A stretch of DNA of 32,158 bases, taken from the NCBI GenBank assembly GCA_038045105.1, contig JBBSYU010000025.1, positions 1 through 32,158 on the forward strand. Reading direction: 5' to 3'. The number at the start of each line of letters is the position of its first letter. Position 1 is the stretch's first letter. The DNA comes from Nanobdellota archaeon. Lineage in GTDB: Archaea; Nanobdellota; Nanobdellia; Pacearchaeales; GW2011-AR1. The notes below the pieces were generated by a model. That model saw nothing but the letters and a program-made list of their open reading frames with translations. It did not search any database and was not told the DNA's origin. The position numbers were made by a program, and so were the translations under genes. Of the stretch, positions 30,421-32,158 are shown in pieces.

Positions 30421-30494
30421 TGGGGTCGCTGAGATTTGAACTCAGATCGCAAAGTCCCAAACCTTGAATGTTAACCAGATTGCACCACGACCCC
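30421..30494 (-). tRNA. tRNA-Pro (anticodon UGG), no encoded CCA
   Basis: The reverse complement folds as a cloverleaf. The acceptor is GGGGTCG/CGACCCC. The anticodon stem is CAAGG/CTTTG with loop TTTGGGA (anticodon TGG, G37). The T arm is CTGAG-TTCAAAT-CTCAG and the discriminator is A. Length 74 nt. Confidence 0.9.
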
Positions 30495-30568
30495 CTGAAA
30501 ATATTAAAATTAAGCTATTTATAAAGATGTTGATTTATAGAAGAATATTAAAAGAGAATTAATCAAAA

Positions 30569-31312
30569 TTATTTCTTTTTCTCAGCAGGCTTTGTTGCAG
30601 CCGGTTTTGATGCTGCTCCTGCTGAACCTGCTCCGGGTTTAGCACCTTCTGTTTTTGGTGCTGCAGATGTTGCTGTTGTTGCTGCTCCTGCCGCAGGCAC
30701 TGCTGCAGCTGTTGCTTTTGCTGCTTCTGCTTCTTCAGCAGCTTTCTTAGCTAGATCTGCTTTCAAGTCCTGAGCAACTTTTATCTTTTTATAAAAATCA
30801 TCAAGTTTTTTTCTTTTTTCAATCGGAGTCTCTGATAGTTTTTGATTTATTTCTTTATCAAATTTTCCCTCTGCAACTTCAATAATTAATTCATTTGGAT
30901 TTTTGTCTTCAACAAAAATTCCCATTGCTGCACAAGTTCCTAAAATTGATTTAACTGCTGATTTGAAATCTTTTTCAAGCATATTTGCCTGCTTTACCTT
31001 AGCAACCTTGATTATGTCTTCAATAGATGCGTTTCCCATTTTTATTTCATTGATTTTTGCAGAACCTTTTTCTATTTTTAATTCTTTTTTAATTAATTCT
31101 GATGCAGGAGGTGAAAATACTTTTACATAAAACTCTTTTGTTTTTTTATCAACATCAATTTCAACAGGAACTTTCATTCCATGAAATTCTTTTGTTGAGT
31201 TATTTACTTCAGAAATAACCTTACCTATATTGATGCCTATTGGGCCAAGCTGTTGGGCTATTGCAGGGCCTGGCTTCATGTCTCCGCCTTCAATTAGCAA
31301 CTTAATAATCAT
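30569..31312 (-). CDS. rpl11: Ribosomal protein uL11 with ~85-aa Ala/Lys-rich C-terminal extension
   Basis: IKLLIEGGDMKPGPAIAQQLGPIGINIGKVISEVNNSTKEF...GTCAAMGI is the L11 core (~160 aa). An additional tail follows: ...AEEAEAAKATAAAVPAAGAATTATSAAPKTEGAKPGAGSAGAASKPAATKPAEKKK. The start overlaps the spt5 stop by 11 nt. Confidence 0.9.
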   Translation of the reverse strand: MIIKLLIEGGDMKPGPAIAQQLGPIGINIGKVISEVNNSTKEFHGMKVPVEIDVDKKTKEFYVKVFSPPASELIKKELKIEKGSAKINEIKMGNASIEDIIKVAKVKQANMLEKDFKSAVKSILGTCAAMGIFVEDKNPNELIIEVAEGKFDKEINQKLSETPIEKRKKLDDFYKKIKVAQDLKADLAKKAAEEAEAAKATAAAVPAAGAATTATSAAPKTEGAKPGAGSAGAASKPAATKPAEKKK

Positions 31313-31865
31313 CAGGTATTAATCCTCCGCTTGGTTCATCATAACTTTTATTTATTTTCAGTTCTTCATCTGATTCATCCTTTTTAATGTTTTCTCCTTT
31401 ATCTGATTCTTCAGTTTCTCCTTCTTCTTTTTCTCTCCTTATTACTTTGATATTATCAAGTTTTACTGTAACTGGAATTGGAACAATTGCTGCAAGAAGA
31501 GTAACAACTGCTTCTCCTTTTGACTTGTCAATACGAATGACTTTTGCTTTTTCCTTTTTGAATGGCTCCCCAATTATCTCGACAATGTCTCCTTTTTCAA
31601 TATTAATCTCTTCAAGAACAGGCTCTATCATATTTTTTATTTCAGAATAATCAACGGTTTTTCCGATTATTCCTTTTACATAAGGAAGATTATATGCTGC
31701 TTCTTCTGCTGATTCCCTGTCTTCTGCTTCCAGGAAAATATAACCTCTCAAGCCATGAGGGCGTGCAAGAGCATAAACATTAAGATTATGTTTGTGAACT
31801 TTTACAGATATCATTTCCAATGCTCTGTCTTCCTTGTTTGTTGTTACTTTAATTATAAAAATCAT
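31302..31865 (-). CDS. spt5: Transcription elongation factor Spt5 (archaeal NusG) with acidic C-terminal tail
   Basis: The NGN domain is FIIKVTTNKEDRALEMI...RGYIFLEAEDRESAEEA...VKGIIG. The KOW motif is KGDIVEIIGEPFKKEKAKVIRIDKSKGEAVV. The gene lies upstream of rpl11 as in most archaea. Confidence 0.9.
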   Translation of the reverse strand: MIFIIKVTTNKEDRALEMISVKVHKHNLNVYALARPHGLRGYIFLEAEDRESAEEAAYNLPYVKGIIGKTVDYSEIKNMIEPVLEEINIEKGDIVEIIGEPFKKEKAKVIRIDKSKGEAVVTLLAAIVPIPVTVKLDNIKVIRREKEEGETEESDKGENIKKDESDEELKINKSYDEPSGGLIPDDY

Positions 31866-31883
31866 TTTTTATTTATCTGTGTT

Positions 31884-31997
31884 ATATTGGTAATGTAATA
31901 TTAATAAGTTTTGGCTTCTGTTGATTTGCGTTAAATCATGTTGATTCGCTTAATCTCAGTAGCTTATCTTATCTGTTTATACAATACTAATATTTAT
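31884..31997 (-). repeat. MITE-like intergenic repeat, copy 17
   Basis: ATATTGGTAATGTAATATTAATAAGTTTTGGCTTCTGTTGATTTGCG...CGCTTAATCTCAGTAGCTTATCTTATCTGTTTATACAATACTAATATT. Confidence 0.7.
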
Positions 31998-32158
31998 TTA
32001 TGCTTTGTTTATATTTATTTATTTATCGCCCAGCTAACTAATAATATCATTAGAAGCCTAATATTATTTAAAATTATGGGTTTATAAATATTTGTTTTAC
32101 GGATAATTGCTCAGATGATATGAGAATTCTTAAACGAAAATTAGATTAAAGCTGATGC

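Noticed and set aside
26262-31650. Nested or antisense ORFs 26262-26492 +, 27594-27839 +, 30155-30379 +, 30903-31130 + and 31387-31650 +
   Set aside because: They are antisense to confidently identified genes (CARDB-like surface protein, Dph2-like, NUDIX, uL11, Spt5).
1-32158. Provirus or integrated-element interpretation of the accessory block
   Set aside because: No integrase, capsid, portal, terminase or replication genes are present. The tRNA-Pro lies far from the island, and no direct-repeat att sites flanking it were noticed.
31866-32158. Search for secE upstream of spt5, and for an RNA gene at the window end (TATA-like GGGTTTATAAATA at ~32088-32100)
   Set aside because: No minus-strand ORF longer than about 11 codons was found. 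The sequence downstream of the TATA-like box runs off the window, so nothing can be supported.

Overview
This is very AT-rich archaeal DNA. Archaeal identity rests on Spt5-L11, eL43 (L37Ae), RpoP, prefoldin beta, a Dph2-like protein, an archaeal-type SepF, an archaeosortase-family protein and a tRNA-Pro(UGG) with no encoded CCA. The gene content suggests a small-genome uncultivated (DPANN-like) archaeon, but that lineage call is inference.

The window has three blocks:
- (i) 1-16.9 kb, all + strand. An MNT-type nucleotidyltransferase with a decayed partner is followed by 11 consecutive genes for exported or membrane-anchored proteins. These are a Cys-rich secreted protein, a four-repeat surface protein, two ~650-aa secreted HExxH proteins and five proteins with class III (type IV pilin-like) signal peptides. 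The run is interrupted only by hicB plus a hicA remnant and ends with an intact vapBC pair.
- (ii) 16.9-27 kb, cell-envelope genes. These are a wHTH regulator, an 874-aa S-layer-like protein, membrane-anchored proteins, and a short archaeosortase-family gene convergent with a 574-aa CARDB-like surface protein.
- (iii) 27.4-31.9 kb, all - strand, housekeeping genes: dph2-like, sepF, pfdB, rpoP, rpl37ae, NUDIX, tRNA-Pro, rpl11, spt5.

The strongest non-genic signal is one family of 85-195 bp MITE-like repeats with inverted termini. I delineated about 26 copies, roughly 3.3 kb or about 10% of the window. They fill almost every longer intergenic spacer in both orientations, often in tandem arrays, and carry smaller nested hairpin or palindrome modules. 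No transposase, integrase, CRISPR array or rRNA is visible.

All family assignments come from motifs read by eye, because no database search was possible. Repeat boundaries are hand-delineated and may be off by about 5-10 bp.
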